Shown here piece by piece: positions 51,043-61,384 of a DNA stretch of 64,000 nt. Both the position numbers and the translations under genes were made by a program. The notes beneath the pieces were generated by a model. That model had not been told where the DNA came from, ran no database searches, and was given only the letters and a program-made list of their open reading frames with translations. The first letter of the stretch is position 1. Each line of letters begins with the position of its first letter. This DNA comes from Thalassobaculaceae bacterium (GTDB lineage Bacteria; Pseudomonadota; Alphaproteobacteria; Thalassobaculales; Thalassobaculaceae): positions 1,656,616 to 1,720,615 of the forward strand of contig OZ245843.1 of assembly GCA_965228875.1 (NCBI GenBank), read 5' to 3'.

Positions 51043-51909
51043 TCAGCGCATCGCGATCTGCTGGACGGCCGGGGAGAGACGCACGATCCACGGCTCCTTG
51101 CCGTCGACCCGGCCGAGATCGGCCTTGACCTCGCGTGCCCGCTCCGGCGCGAAGGGACCTACGACGACGCGGTTCCACGTCCGGCTGCCGACCTCGACCT
51201 GCCGGATCTCCGCGCCGAGCCCGTCATAGCGGGCCGCGAGCGCCTCGGCGCGGCTGACGTCGCGAAGCGAGCCGATCACCACATAGCGTTCACCCGAAAC
51301 TGCCGTGCGGACGGGCGCGGCATCGCTGCGCGGGATGTCCAGGCGGGCGATCGGCACCGGAGGCGTCCAGGGACGGGCCGGTGCCGACGCGACGATCGGT
51401 CGGACCTGTGACGGGGACGGGGCCGGGGAATGGACCAGGGGCTGGGCCTGCGGCCGGGCTTCCGGCAGCGGCACCGCACCTTCCGCGTCGGCGACCAGCC
51501 CGGGCGTCTCGATCGGCGTGCGCGGCGCGCCCACGAACGGCATGGCGACCGCCACCTGAGCCGGCCCCTGCGGCAGTTCATCGAGCTTCATCGCGCCCCG
51601 CCGCAGCATCGGATCGTTCATCGACCGGAACCCGCCATCGTCTCGGTCTCCGGGATAGGCGGCGACGACGACCCGCTCCCCGGCTTCGGGACCGTTCGGA
51701 TCGACGTCCTTGCAGATCGCCTCGCCGACGATCGGCCGGGTCAGGGCGCAATCCTGCTCGATTGCCGCCGAAATGACGTGATCGGTGGAGGATTTTCCGG
51801 TCGTCAGAAAACTGATGCCGGAGATCGCCGTCGACGCGATCGTGACAGGCAGCGGCAGGCAACCACCGAGCAATACGGGAACCGCTATGATGGCGATGAT
51901 CCGCTTCAT
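51043..51909 (-). CDS. SPOR-domain lipoprotein
   Basis: Lipobox LLGGC, TGKS.TDHVIS...DC, a Pro-rich linker and SPOR-like YVVIGSL...RVVVGPF. Confidence 0.8.
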   Translation of the reverse strand: MKRIIAIIAVPVLLGGCLPLPVTIASTAISGISFLTTGKSSTDHVISAAIEQDCALTRPIVGEAICKDVDPNGPEAGERVVVAAYPGDRDDGGFRSMNDPMLRRGAMKLDELPQGPAQVAVAMPFVGAPRTPIETPGLVADAEGAVPLPEARPQAQPLVHSPAPSPSQVRPIVASAPARPWTPPVPIARLDIPRSDAAPVRTAVSGERYVVIGSLRDVSRAEALAARYDGLGAEIRQVEVGSRTWNRVVVGPFAPERAREVKADLGRVDGKEPWIVRLSPAVQQIAMR

Positions 51910-52114
51910 GGTGAATCCCCCGTCCCGTCAATTGCTTAGTGTGGGAATCTTCACTTAGATATGAGCCGCGTGCAACACTCATGGTTTATCTAAAATACCC
52001 GGTATTTTGCGACTCCCCTGCCGATTCGTCAAAAACCCGTAAAACGAATCGGGATTCAACGACTTAGCGCGCATGCTCTTGCGCCCCCCGGCCGCTCGTG
52101 TATTACCACCCGCC

Positions 52115-53284
52115 ATGACACTCGTCACGGACACGGACACTCTCGCCGCCGTTTGCCAGCGAATCGCGGCCGAGCCTTATGTAGCGATCGACACCGAGTT
52201 CCTGCGCGACAAGACCTACTACTCGCGGCTGTGCCTGGTTCAGCTCGCCGGGCGCGAGGACGTCGTCGCCGTCGACACCCTGGCGCCGGAGATCGACCTC
52301 TCGCCGCTCTACGACCTGCTGGCCAATCCGGCCGTGCTCAAGGTGTTCCACGCCGCCCGTCAGGACGTGGAGATCTTCGTGCAGCTGATGGACCGGGTGC
52401 CGGCGCCGATGTTCGACACGCAGATCGCCGCCATGGTCTGCGGGTTCGGCGACGCGGTGAGCTACGACAGACTGGTCCGCGCCCTGACCGGCGCCAGCAT
52501 CGACAAGACGTCGCGCTTCACCGACTGGAGCCACCGCCCCCTCACCCAGCACCAGATCGACTACGCGCTGGCCGATGTCATCCATCTGCGTCCGGCCTAC
52601 GAGCGGCTGGCCAAGCGGCTGGACAAGACCGGTCGCTCCGCGTGGCTGGACGAGGAGATGGCGGTCCTGACCGACGTGTCGACCTATCGGGTCGAGCCGA
52701 CGGACGCCTGGCGCCGCTTGAAGACGCGTACGACGAAGCCGAAATTCCTCGCCGTGCTGCGCGAACTTGCCGCCTGGCGGGAGACCGAGGCGCAGACCCG
52801 CGACATTCCCCGCAACCGCGTGCTGCGCGACGACGCGCTGGTGGACATCGCCGCCCACGCCCCCACCACCGGCGACGAGCTGTCCCGGTCGCGGTCCTTC
52901 AACCGGGATTCGGCGAACGGGAAGACGGGGCGCGCCATCCTCGACGCGGTGACCCGGGCGCTGGAATCGCCGAAGGACACCTGGCCGAAGGTTCAGGATC
53001 AGCGCGACAAGCCCCAGGGCCGGCAGCCGGTTGCCGAACTGCTTCGGGTGCTGCTCAAGGTGCAGTGCGAGGCCCACGATGTCGCACCGAAGCTGGTAGC
53101 CAGCGCCGACGACCTGGATGCCATCGCTGCCGACGACGACGCCGACGTGCCGGCGATGAAGGGATGGCGGCGAGAAGTGTTCGGCGACGCCGCACTGGGC
53201 GTGAAACACGGGCGCCTCGCCTTCGCCTTCGACCCGCAGAAGGATCGCCTCGCCCTGATCGACGTGCCCGAGAAGGACGAATAG
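52115..53284 (+). CDS. rnd: Ribonuclease D
   Basis: AIDTEF, KVFHAARQD, FDTQIAA, DWS.RPL, YALADV, an HRDC domain and GWRRE.FG. Confidence 0.96.
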   Translation: MTLVTDTDTLAAVCQRIAAEPYVAIDTEFLRDKTYYSRLCLVQLAGREDVVAVDTLAPEIDLSPLYDLLANPAVLKVFHAARQDVEIFVQLMDRVPAPMFDTQIAAMVCGFGDAVSYDRLVRALTGASIDKTSRFTDWSHRPLTQHQIDYALADVIHLRPAYERLAKRLDKTGRSAWLDEEMAVLTDVSTYRVEPTDAWRRLKTRTTKPKFLAVLRELAAWRETEAQTRDIPRNRVLRDDALVDIAAHAPTTGDELSRSRSFNRDSANGKTGRAILDAVTRALESPKDTWPKVQDQRDKPQGRQPVAELLRVLLKVQCEAHDVAPKLVASADDLDAIAADDDADVPAMKGWRREVFGDAALGVKHGRLAFAFDPQKDRLALIDVPEKDE

Positions 53285-53301
53285 CCCGAGAAGGACCAAT
53301 A
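53266..53301 (+). repeat. 18-bp tandem duplication of the rnd 3' end
   Basis: gcccgagaaggacgaata / gcccgagaaggaccaata, 1 mismatch. Confidence 0.85.
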
Positions 53302-53409
53302 GCGCGCGATCGGATCAGTCCGGATCGATCCGAACCGGGCATCGCCCCTAAGTCATTAAGGGAAAACAAATTCACACGATCAGATACTTCGGTCTGATCG
53401 TAATCCTGT

Positions 53410-54948
53410 CTATCCGCTCTTGCGCCGGCCGTTGCGCGCCGGGCGGACGCTGAGCATTACCGGGCGTTTGAGCGCCTCGGCCAGGGCCTGTACCCGGCGT
53501 TCGACGACCTCCCCGACCAGGACCACGGCCTCCGGCGCGATGGTGAGCGCGAAGCCGTCGTCCCGCGCCTCGATCCGCGTGCGACGCAGCAGCGACGTCG
53601 CGCCGCCGGAGAGCGTCAGACCCAGCCGAAGCGCCAGCCCGACCTGAACGGCCAGGGTTCGACGCCCCGGATCCAGCAGGTCCTCGACTTTCTTCGCGGC
53701 CTCCAGCTGCACATGCCCGCTGTATCGCGCCAGCGTTCCAAGGCCGAGAAACACCCGGTCGGCATGGTCGAGCCCGGCGACCGGCAGCCGCGAAACGCGC
53801 AGGAAGGCGTGTTCGCCGCGGTAGCTCGGGTGCTCGGCCCAGGCCAGATCGCTCAACATGCAGAGAGCGCGCACCAGCCGCTCGTCGCGCGGCGCGAACT
53901 CTCCGAACAGCGGCTTCAGCCAGTTGAACACCGTCTCCGCCGGCGGCGCGAACCGGTTGGTCTCGCGCGCGATAGACACCGCGGCGACGAGCAGCGGGTC
54001 CTTCTCGCGCTCGCTCTCGGGGAGCCGATCGAAGACGCATCCCTCGCGCAGGCCGAAGGCGGAGAAGACCACCCGGTCGGGCTTGCCCCGGGCGAGGACA
54101 CGCTGCAGTACCAGCGCCGCCGTCGGCATGGTCTCCGCGCGGCGCCGGGAAATCCCGGGGGTGGCCCGGATCGTCTTCTTCGAACAGCGTGCCAGGGTCG
54201 ACAGGAAGCCGCTCAGCGCCTCCCGGCCGATGGTGTAGCCGTGGATTACCTCAATCGGGTACGCGGTCGCCGCCATGTGGGCCTTCGCCACGCTCCGCCA
54301 GGCGCCGCCGACCGCGTACAGGGTGCGTCCCTGCATGGCGGAGATCCAGTCGGCGCCGTCCAGATGACCGTCGATCACCGCTGCCAGCTTGCGCCGCTTT
54401 CCCGGCTCCACGTCGCCGAGACGCAGCGGCCCGACCGGCATGGTGATATGGGCGCCGAGCGTGCCGTCATCGACGTCGATCAGTTCGAGGCTGCCGCCGC
54501 CGAGATCGCCGACAACGCCATCGGCGTGCGGGAAACCGCTGACGACGCCGAGCGCCGACAGCCGGGCCTCCTCGTCGCCTCCGATGATCCGCACCGGGTG
54601 CCCGGTCCGCCGCTCGATCTCGCCGACGAACGCGGGACCGTTGGTCGCGTCACGCACCGCCGACGTCGCGATGACGTCCAGGCGGCCGACCCGCATCGCC
54701 GAGACGATCTCGGCGAACCGCTGCAGGTTCGTCAGCGCCGAGCCCATCGCCTCGACCGACAGCGCGCCGGTCTCGTCGAGGCCGCGGCCAAGGCCGCACA
54801 TGGCCTTCTCGTTGAACACGGGAACCGGCGACAGCCCCTCGTGATCGTAGACCACGAGACGGATGGAGTTGGAGCCGATGTCGAGAACCCCGATGCGGTG
54901 ATCGCGCCGGGACGTTGACGGTTTGGCGTCGGAGTTGGCTGTGGACAG
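53410..54948 (-). CDS. ppx: Ppx/GppA exopolyphosphatase (non-canonical CTG start inferred)
   Basis: IGVLDIGSNSIRLVV lies upstream of the track GTG at 54855; also ATSAVRDA, EEARL, DLGGGS and GLREG. CTG 54948 is the best near-cognate start after the ppk stop. Confidence 0.9.
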   Translation of the reverse strand: MSTANSDAKPSTSRRDHRIGVLDIGSNSIRLVVYDHEGLSPVPVFNEKAMCGLGRGLDETGALSVEAMGSALTNLQRFAEIVSAMRVGRLDVIATSAVRDATNGPAFVGEIERRTGHPVRIIGGDEEARLSALGVVSGFPHADGVVGDLGGGSLELIDVDDGTLGAHITMPVGPLRLGDVEPGKRRKLAAVIDGHLDGADWISAMQGRTLYAVGGAWRSVAKAHMAATAYPIEVIHGYTIGREALSGFLSTLARCSKKTIRATPGISRRRAETMPTAALVLQRVLARGKPDRVVFSAFGLREGCVFDRLPESEREKDPLLVAAVSIARETNRFAPPAETVFNWLKPLFGEFAPRDERLVRALCMLSDLAWAEHPSYRGEHAFLRVSRLPVAGLDHADRVFLGLGTLARYSGHVQLEAAKKVEDLLDPGRRTLAVQVGLALRLGLTLSGGATSLLRRTRIEARDDGFALTIAPEAVVLVGEVVERRVQALAEALKRPVMLSVRPARNGRRKSG

Positions 54949-54972
54949 GGCTTCTTCGCTCTTGCCTGGGCC

Positions 54973-57180
54973 TCAGGAGGACGCCCCGCCTATCGTCTTC
55001 GGCGCACCGCCGCGCCGCAGCGCGCTACCGCGTCCGGAAAGGCTGGGGTTCGTCATGAAATAGGTATGCGCCGAGAAGTCGTCCGCGCCTGCCCGGACCC
55101 GGTCGAACCTGCCGTCGGGACGCAGGATCCAGCTGTTGGTCTGATCCTTCAGGTTGGCGACCATGATCTGATCCAGGATCTGGCGGTGGACGGTCGGGTT
55201 CTCGATCGGCACCAGATGCTCGACACGACGGTAGAGGTTGCGCGGCATCCAGTCAGCGGAGGAGATGTACACCCTGGCCCCGTCCGACGGCAACTTCGCG
55301 CCGTTGCCGAACACGACGATCCGCGAGTGCTCCAGGAACCGCCCGACGATGGAGCGCACGCGGATGTTCTCCGACAACCCGTCGACACCCGGTCGAAGGC
55401 AGCAGATCCCGCGGATCACCAGGTCGATCTGCACCCCGGCCCGACTGGCCTTGTACAGCTCGTCGATCAGGATCGGGTCGACCAGAGAGTTCATCTTCGC
55501 CCAGACCGCCGCCGGGCGACCGGCCTTGGCGTGCTCGATCTCCTGCTGGATGCCCTCGATGATGGTCTTGTGCAGGGTCAGCGGCGAGATCGCCAGCTTC
55601 TCCATCTCCTCCGGCAGCGCGTAGCCGGTCATGAAGTTGAACATCCGCGACGCATCCCGGCACAGCGCGGGGTCGCAGGTGAAGAACGACAGGTCGGTGT
55701 AGATCTTCGCGGTGATCGGATGATAGTTCCCGGTACCCAGATGCACGTAGTTGCGCAGACCGTTGCCCTCCCGCCGCACGACCAGCGAGACCTTGGCGTG
55801 CGTCTTCAGGTGCACGAAGCCGTAGACGACCTGCACGCCGGCGCGCTCCAGATCGCGCGACAGGCGGATGTTCGCCTCCTCGTCGAACCGGGCCTTGATC
55901 TCGACCATGGCGGTGACCGACTTGCCGGCCTCGGCCGCCTCGATCAGCGCCTTGACGATCGGGCTGTCCTTGGAGGTCCGGTACAGCGTCTGTTTGATCG
56001 CGATGACCGACGGATCCGATGCCGCCTGACGCAGGAACTGGACGACGACGTCGAAGCTCTCGTACGGGTGGTGGACGACGATGTCCTTGGCCCGGATGGC
56101 AGCGAAGCAGTCGCCCGCGAAATCGCGGATGCGTTCGGGGAAGCGGGCGTTGAAAGGCGGCCACAACAGGTCCGACCGGTCGGCGACGATGAGCTGGGAG
56201 AGATCGGCGAGGCCGACCATCGCCTCAAGCGCGAAGACGTCCTCCTCGGCGACATTGAGCTCGCCGATCACCATCGACTTCAGCTCCTGCGGCATCGCCA
56301 GATCGACGGCGAGACGGATGACGTTGCCGCGGCGACGGGCCTTCAGGGCCGTCTCGAACGACAGCACCAGATCCTCCGCCTCCTCGTCGATCTCCATCTC
56401 GCTGTCGCGGATCACCCGGAACACGCCCTGCCCGGTGACCTCGTACTTCGGGAACAGCCGATCGACGTTCAGCAGGATGGCCTGCTCGATGGCGATGAAG
56501 CGGATCGTTTCGCCGGGAAGCCGGACGAACCGGCCGACCTGGTGCGGCAGCGGGATCAGTCCCTGCATGTCGGCGGCACCGCCGGTGCCGCGCAGGGTCA
56601 GCGCGAGGCACAGCCCCTTGTTCGGGATGAACGGGAAGGGATGCGCCGGATCGATCGCCAGCGGCGTCAGCACCGGGAAGACGTGCTCGCTGAAATGGCC
56701 CCGCAGGTACTCGCGGTCACTGACGGACAGCTCAGAGGCGTCGACCAGATGGAAATCCGCTTCCTTCAGTTCCTCGCGCAGACGCTTCAGGCACGACTGC
56801 TGGTCGCGCATCAGCACTGCGACCTCGCGGGTGATCTCCGCCAGCTGCTGCGTCGGGGTCAGTCCGTCGTCGCTGACCGACGTGATGTCGGCGTTGACCA
56901 TGCCCTTCAGGCCGGCCACCCGCACCATGTAGAACTCGTCCAGGTTCGACGCCGAGATCGCCACGAACCGCAGCCGCTCGAGCAGCGGGTTTCGGGTGTT
57001 GAGGGACTCCTCCATCACCCGGGTATTGAAGGACAGCCAGGAAAGCTCGCGGTTGATCAGTCGGTCAGGGCTGCTCAGTGTGATCGCCGGCGCCGTCTTC
57101 TCCGCCGGCTTCGACGCCGAGGCCGACCGCTTGGCCGCCGGTTTGCGGGACCTGCCGGTGTTCGTCGCCTGATCGCTCAC
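54973..57180 (-). CDS. ppk: Polyphosphate kinase 1
   Basis: [36 protein letters not shown] and SADWM.RNL. GTG start after RBS GAGGAG. Confidence 0.97.
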   Translation of the reverse strand: MSDQATNTGRSRKPAAKRSASASKPAEKTAPAITLSSPDRLINRELSWLSFNTRVMEESLNTRNPLLERLRFVAISASNLDEFYMVRVAGLKGMVNADITSVSDDGLTPTQQLAEITREVAVLMRDQQSCLKRLREELKEADFHLVDASELSVSDREYLRGHFSEHVFPVLTPLAIDPAHPFPFIPNKGLCLALTLRGTGGAADMQGLIPLPHQVGRFVRLPGETIRFIAIEQAILLNVDRLFPKYEVTGQGVFRVIRDSEMEIDEEAEDLVLSFETALKARRRGNVIRLAVDLAMPQELKSMVIGELNVAEEDVFALEAMVGLADLSQLIVADRSDLLWPPFNARFPERIRDFAGDCFAAIRAKDIVVHHPYESFDVVVQFLRQAASDPSVIAIKQTLYRTSKDSPIVKALIEAAEAGKSVTAMVEIKARFDEEANIRLSRDLERAGVQVVYGFVHLKTHAKVSLVVRREGNGLRNYVHLGTGNYHPITAKIYTDLSFFTCDPALCRDASRMFNFMTGYALPEEMEKLAISPLTLHKTIIEGIQQEIEHAKAGRPAAVWAKMNSLVDPILIDELYKASRAGVQIDLVIRGICCLRPGVDGLSENIRVRSIVGRFLEHSRIVVFGNGAKLPSDGARVYISSADWMPRNLYRRVEHLVPIENPTVHRQILDQIMVANLKDQTNSWILRPDGRFDRVRAGADDFSAHTYFMTNPSLSGRGSALRRGGAPKTIGGASS

Positions 57181-57284
57181 GTCCGCTCTCCTCGCTCGCC
57201 CGGCCGCCTCGGCCGGCCCTGGCCGCCCGGTGTACGCGTCATCTGTGACAGGAGCGTGACACCGGGCGGCGTTCCGCGGTGGCG

Positions 57285-58064
57285 TCAGAGCGTTCCGGGG
57301 AACGCGCCGCCGTCCATCAACAGGTTCTGGCCGGTGATGAAGCCGGCATGGGCGCTGCACAGGAAGGCACAGGCAACGCCGAACTCGTCCGGCTCGCCAA
57401 AACGACCGGACGGGTTCTTCGAGGCCTGCTCGGCGGCATAGTCCTCGAAGGTGCGACCGGCCTTCTCGGCCTGCAGACGCAGATTGCCGTGCAGACGGTC
57501 AGTGGCGAACGGTCCCGGCAGCAGACCGTTGATCGTCACGTTGTGGCGCACGGTCTCCCGGGCGATGCCGGCGACGAAGCCGGTCAGGCCGGTGCGGGCG
57601 CCGTTCGACAGGCCGAGATAGGAGATCGGCGCCTTCACCGCGCCCGAGGTGATGTTGACGATGCGGCCGAACTTGCGGTCGATCATGCCGTCGACGGTCG
57701 CCTTGATCAGCTCGATCGGGGTGAGCATGTTGGCGTTCACCGCCTTCTGCCAGTCCTCCACGTCCCAGTCGCGGAAGTTGCCCGGCGGCGGGCCGCCGGC
57801 ATTGTTGACCAGGATGTCGACGTCACCAGCGGCGTCGAGCACCTGCTTGCGGCCGTCCGGCGTGGTGATGTCGCAGGCCACCGCGACCACATTGGCGCCG
57901 GTCGCCTTGCGGATCTCCTCCGCCGTGGCGTCCAGGGTTTCTTGGGTGCGGGAGTTGATCACCAGATCGACCCCTTCCTCGGCGAGCTTCATCGCGCAGG
58001 CCTTGCCCAGCCCCTTGCTGGCGGCACAGACGACGGCCTTGCGGCCCTTGATCCCCATATCCAT
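57285..58064 (-). CDS. Short-chain dehydrogenase/reductase (atypical, SNGAR at the catalytic motif)
   Basis: [16 protein letters not shown] and NGLLPG. Confidence 0.9.
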   Translation of the reverse strand: MDMGIKGRKAVVCAASKGLGKACAMKLAEEGVDLVINSRTQETLDATAEEIRKATGANVVAVACDITTPDGRKQVLDAAGDVDILVNNAGGPPPGNFRDWDVEDWQKAVNANMLTPIELIKATVDGMIDRKFGRIVNITSGAVKAPISYLGLSNGARTGLTGFVAGIARETVRHNVTINGLLPGPFATDRLHGNLRLQAEKAGRTFEDYAAEQASKNPSGRFGEPDEFGVACAFLCSAHAGFITGQNLLMDGGAFPGTL

Positions 58065-58125
58065 TGCGTCGGTCTCCTCTCCTGTTCGCAAATCGTGGTC
58101 ATAGTCGGCGCCCTTGCGCCGTGTT

Positions 58126-58860
58126 TCAGCGGTCCTGCCCGTCTCCGGTCCCGTCGTCTGCCGCGTCGGCGTCGCCGGCCATGGCCAGGCGCGCGACGCG
58201 CAGCGTGATCCGTCCGTCCCCCTCCAGCGCGGCCCGGTCCATGCGGTCCGCCAAGCGTTCGGCCGCATCGAAGGACCGCTCCATCCGGTTGACCAGATAC
58301 GCGATCACGTCGTCGCGCACCAGAACCTGACGGTCGGCGAAGTGCTTGGCCAGCACACCGGCCAGCAGCGCCTCATCCGGAAGCCCGATGGTCGCGACCG
58401 GCAGGGTCGCCAGCCTCGACGCCAGATCGGGCAGCGCGATCGCCAGCCTGGCGGGGGGAGTCCGCGACAGGATAACCAGGGATCCCCCGCGCTCAACCAC
58501 CGTATTGTAGAGATGAAGCAGCGCCTCCTCCTCGAACCCGCCGTCGATCCGCTCGACCACGGCGCAGCGCGCCGGCCCCAGGGCGTCGGGCACGCCGGCC
58601 GTTGTCAGCTCCGGCGCGGCGACCAGGGCGGCGTTGCTCGCCGCCCTCCACACCGCGGCGAGATGACTCTTCCCGGCGCCGGCCGGACCGACGATCGCGA
58701 GTCCCCGTCCGGGCTCCGGCCAGTCGGGCCAGCGGTCGATCCAGGCAGCCGCCTCCGCATTGGAGGTCCCGACGAGGAAGTCGGCCCGTTCCAGCGCGGG
58801 GCGGTATCCGAGATCAAGGGCGAGTTGGCGGCGCGGCGCGCGTTCAGGACTTGTCGTCAT
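58126..58860 (-). CDS. hdaA: DnaA regulatory inactivator HdaA
   Basis: Beta-clamp motif QLALDL, GPAGAGKSHL, LPDLASRL and RMERS. Confidence 0.9.
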   Translation of the reverse strand: MTTSPERAPRRQLALDLGYRPALERADFLVGTSNAEAAAWIDRWPDWPEPGRGLAIVGPAGAGKSHLAAVWRAASNAALVAAPELTTAGVPDALGPARCAVVERIDGGFEEEALLHLYNTVVERGGSLVILSRTPPARLAIALPDLASRLATLPVATIGLPDEALLAGVLAKHFADRQVLVRDDVIAYLVNRMERSFDAAERLADRMDRAALEGDGRITLRVARLAMAGDADAADDGTGDGQDR

Positions 58861-59956
58861 CGGACCCGGTGCTGTCGGCAACGCTCTGCGGGGCATCGTC
58901 CGGCGGCGGAATGCCGTGCAGGTGGAGCGGGCTGGCCAGATAATGGTCCAGGGCGAAGCGCGTCACAACGCCGATGACCGCGGCGACCGGCACGGCGAGC
59001 AGCACACCGACAAAGCCGAACAGCGTGCCGCCGGTCAGCAGTGCGAAAATCACCCAGACGGGGTGCAGACCGACCGCGTCGCCGACCAGGTTCGGCGTCA
59101 GGAAGTTGCCCTCGATGACCTGACCGGCGGCGAAGATCGCGGCGACGATGGCGATCTGCTCCCAGGCGCCGAACTGGGCGGCGGCAAGGCCGACGCTGAG
59201 CACCGCGCCGATGAAAGTGCCGACGAACGGCACGAAGGAGATCAACCCCGAGAACAGCCCGATCACCAGGCCGAAGTCGAGACCGGCGACCGACAGGCCG
59301 ACCGCGTAGAAGGTACCGAGGATCAGACAGACCGTCCCCTGACCGCGGACGAACGCCGCGAGCGTGCGGTCGATCGCCCGCATCTGGTCGCGGATCGTGT
59401 CCGCCTGGGCGCGGGGCAGCCAGCCGTCGATGGTGGCGACCATCTTGTCCCAGTCGCGCAGCAGGTAGAACGACACGATCGGCGTGATGACCAGGATTGA
59501 GATCAGGTTGACCAGCCAGGCGCCGCCGCTGAGCAGGCGACCGGCCAGCTTGGTCACCCAGGCGAGCCCGCTGCCCGCCAGATCCGGCAGTTTGCCGAGG
59601 GCGGCGTTCTGGTCGAACCCGTCGGCGAGGTCCTTCAGGATCGGTTCCAGCCGGCTGCGGACCGCCTCGATATAGCCGGGCGCCGCCTTGCCGAACTGTT
59701 CGACCTGCGACTGCAGCAGCGGCAGCAGGAGCAGCACGGTGCCGAGCGAGAGGACGAAGAAGGCCAGCAGAACGATCAGCGTCGCGGCACCCCGGCCGAT
59801 CTTGCCGCGCTCCAGACGGTCGACCACCGGATCGAGCAGGTAGGCGACGGCCATGCCGGCCACGAACGGCAGCAGAACGTCGCGCAGCACGTAGACCGCG
59901 AAGACCAGCGCGACGAGGAAGATCAGCCAGAAGGTCTGGCGTTCGCGCCGGGTCAC
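58844..59956 (-). CDS. AI-2E (PerM) family transporter
   Basis: LLPF...AYLLDP.VD, FYLL.DW, PFVG and EGNFLTP..VG..VGLHP. GTG start overlaps the upstream stop. Confidence 0.92.
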   Translation of the reverse strand: MTRRERQTFWLIFLVALVFAVYVLRDVLLPFVAGMAVAYLLDPVVDRLERGKIGRGAATLIVLLAFFVLSLGTVLLLLPLLQSQVEQFGKAAPGYIEAVRSRLEPILKDLADGFDQNAALGKLPDLAGSGLAWVTKLAGRLLSGGAWLVNLISILVITPIVSFYLLRDWDKMVATIDGWLPRAQADTIRDQMRAIDRTLAAFVRGQGTVCLILGTFYAVGLSVAGLDFGLVIGLFSGLISFVPFVGTFIGAVLSVGLAAAQFGAWEQIAIVAAIFAAGQVIEGNFLTPNLVGDAVGLHPVWVIFALLTGGTLFGFVGVLLAVPVAAVIGVVTRFALDHYLASPLHLHGIPPPDDAPQSVADSTGSDDDKS

Positions 59957-61281
59957 GAGCGTTGGCCGCCAGCCGAACTCCGGATGGCGCCGGTCGTCGC
60001 CGGAACGCCCGGTGCGGGTGCCGCGGGCGCCGCTCCCGGCGCGGGTGCTGCGGGCGCCGCTCCCGGCGCGGGGATGATCGGACCCGGCTGTATCGACTGA
60101 TCCGTACCCGGTGTCCCACCCGGTAGCCCACCCGGCGCCCCCGGATCCGTTTGGGCAGGCGGCTGCTGCGAGGGAAGCGGCTGACCACGCTGGATCAGCA
60201 CGTAGTCGCCGGCCCCCGGGAGCAGACGCAGGTTGCGCTGCTCGAGGGCGACGCGGAGTTGCTCGGCGTCGCCGTTCACCCAGAGATCGACCAGCGCCTC
60301 GCCCCGGGTGAGCTGGACCACGTCGAAGCGCGAGACGATCACCGTGCGCTCCAGCGCCTCGCGCACCGTGAGCCACCGGCGCATGTTGTCGATCGGCACG
60401 GTCACCGTCACCCGCGATTCGAGCCCACCCCGGATCAGGTTGTCGCGCTTCCAGGCATCTTCCACCAGGGTCACCGTCCGGCGCACCGCGGCGGCATACC
60501 GGGCAGCGTCGTCGGGCACTCCCTCCGCGCCGGCCGGCGGCGAGACGACCTCGATCAGCGTCGTGCCGAACCCGGTCGGCCCGATCCGCTGCACGGAAAT
60601 CTCCACGGCCCCGCCGGCGCGCGGCCGGGCCTCGACGACGACCGCGTCCCGCGCGCCGTAGCGCTCCGCAATGCGGCCGAGCGCCGCCGAGTCGCCCGCA
60701 AGCGCATCGGCGGTCGTCAGGTCGCGGATGTCGGCGATATCGCCGTAGGGAACCACGAAGGGCACCAGCCCGGCCTCGATCGCCGCCCCGCTCCACGCGC
60801 TGCGGAACGGGTTCGGCTCCTCCCACAGGACGGCGCCGCCGCCGCTGTCCAGTACAGGAATGACCAGCACCGGCAGACTTCGGGTCTCGGCAAAGGGCAC
60901 GCCCAGCGACATCAGCAGGCTGCGCACCCGGCCGGGATCGAAGGCGAAGGTCAGCGCGCCGACGTAACGCACCGCCGAGCTGCGTTCATTTGCCACCTCG
61001 AAACCGAGGGAGAGACTGCCGAGTTCCGCATCGGTACGCGGCGGCACGGATCCGGTGGCATCGCTCGGCACGAGACGCGCCACCAGTCGCTCGAAAGCGA
61101 GACGACGGCCCTCGCGCACCGCCTGTTCGCGGGCGGCGACCGGGCTGTCGGCGGTGGCGTCCACCGGAACGGCGCGGACGGTATAGATGTCCTGGGTCTG
61201 CGCCCGGGCCGGGCCCGGGTTGGCGATGGCGACGACCGCCAGAAGAACCAGCGAGACGAGGAGGCTGGAGTGATGGAGCAC
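59953..61281 (-). CDS. DUF2066-like exported protein with a Pro/Ala-rich tail
   Basis: Signal peptide, YTV..VPVDATA...ARE.A, E......Y...L...F and VPYGD..D. Occupies the conserved position opposite purM. Confidence 0.75.
   Translation of the reverse strand: MLHHSSLLVSLVLLAVVAIANPGPARAQTQDIYTVRAVPVDATADSPVAAREQAVREGRRLAFERLVARLVPSDATGSVPPRTDAELGSLSLGFEVANERSSAVRYVGALTFAFDPGRVRSLLMSLGVPFAETRSLPVLVIPVLDSGGGAVLWEEPNPFRSAWSGAAIEAGLVPFVVPYGDIADIRDLTTADALAGDSAALGRIAERYGARDAVVVEARPRAGGAVEISVQRIGPTGFGTTLIEVVSPPAGAEGVPDDAARYAAAVRRTVTLVEDAWKRDNLIRGGLESRVTVTVPIDNMRRWLTVREALERTVIVSRFDVVQLTRGEALVDLWVNGDAEQLRVALEQRNLRLLPGAGDYVLIQRGQPLPSQQPPAQTDPGAPGGLPGGTPGTDQSIQPGPIIPAPGAAPAAPAPGAAPAAPAPGVPATTGAIRSSAGGQRS
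60014..60067 (-). repeat. 27-bp tandem coding repeat (APGAAPAAP)
   Basis: gcgggtgc(c/t)gcgggcgccgctcccggc x2, 1 mismatch. Confidence 0.85.
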
Positions 61282-61384
61282 GACTGCTTCCCACTTGCCG
61301 CTTGCGGGGACCAACAGCGCCACGGCATAAACCGCGAACGCGGCGATACGGTGACACGCACCGACGCCCGCCTTATAGCCCAGC

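Noticed and set aside
51910..52110. Replication origin (AT-rich, GANTC-rich, hdaA nearby)
   Set aside because: No DnaA boxes (TTATCCACA-like) were found, and the region is short and sits between divergent genes like an ordinary promoter region.
54940..54975. Selenocysteine recoding of the ppk TGA
   Set aside because: No convincing SECIS-like hairpin follows the UGA, and the position is not a catalytic Cys site.
58844..60826. 660-aa ORF suggesting a fused AI-2E protein
   Set aside because: The upstream part overlaps the DUF2066-like gene out of frame. The transporter begins at GTG 59956.
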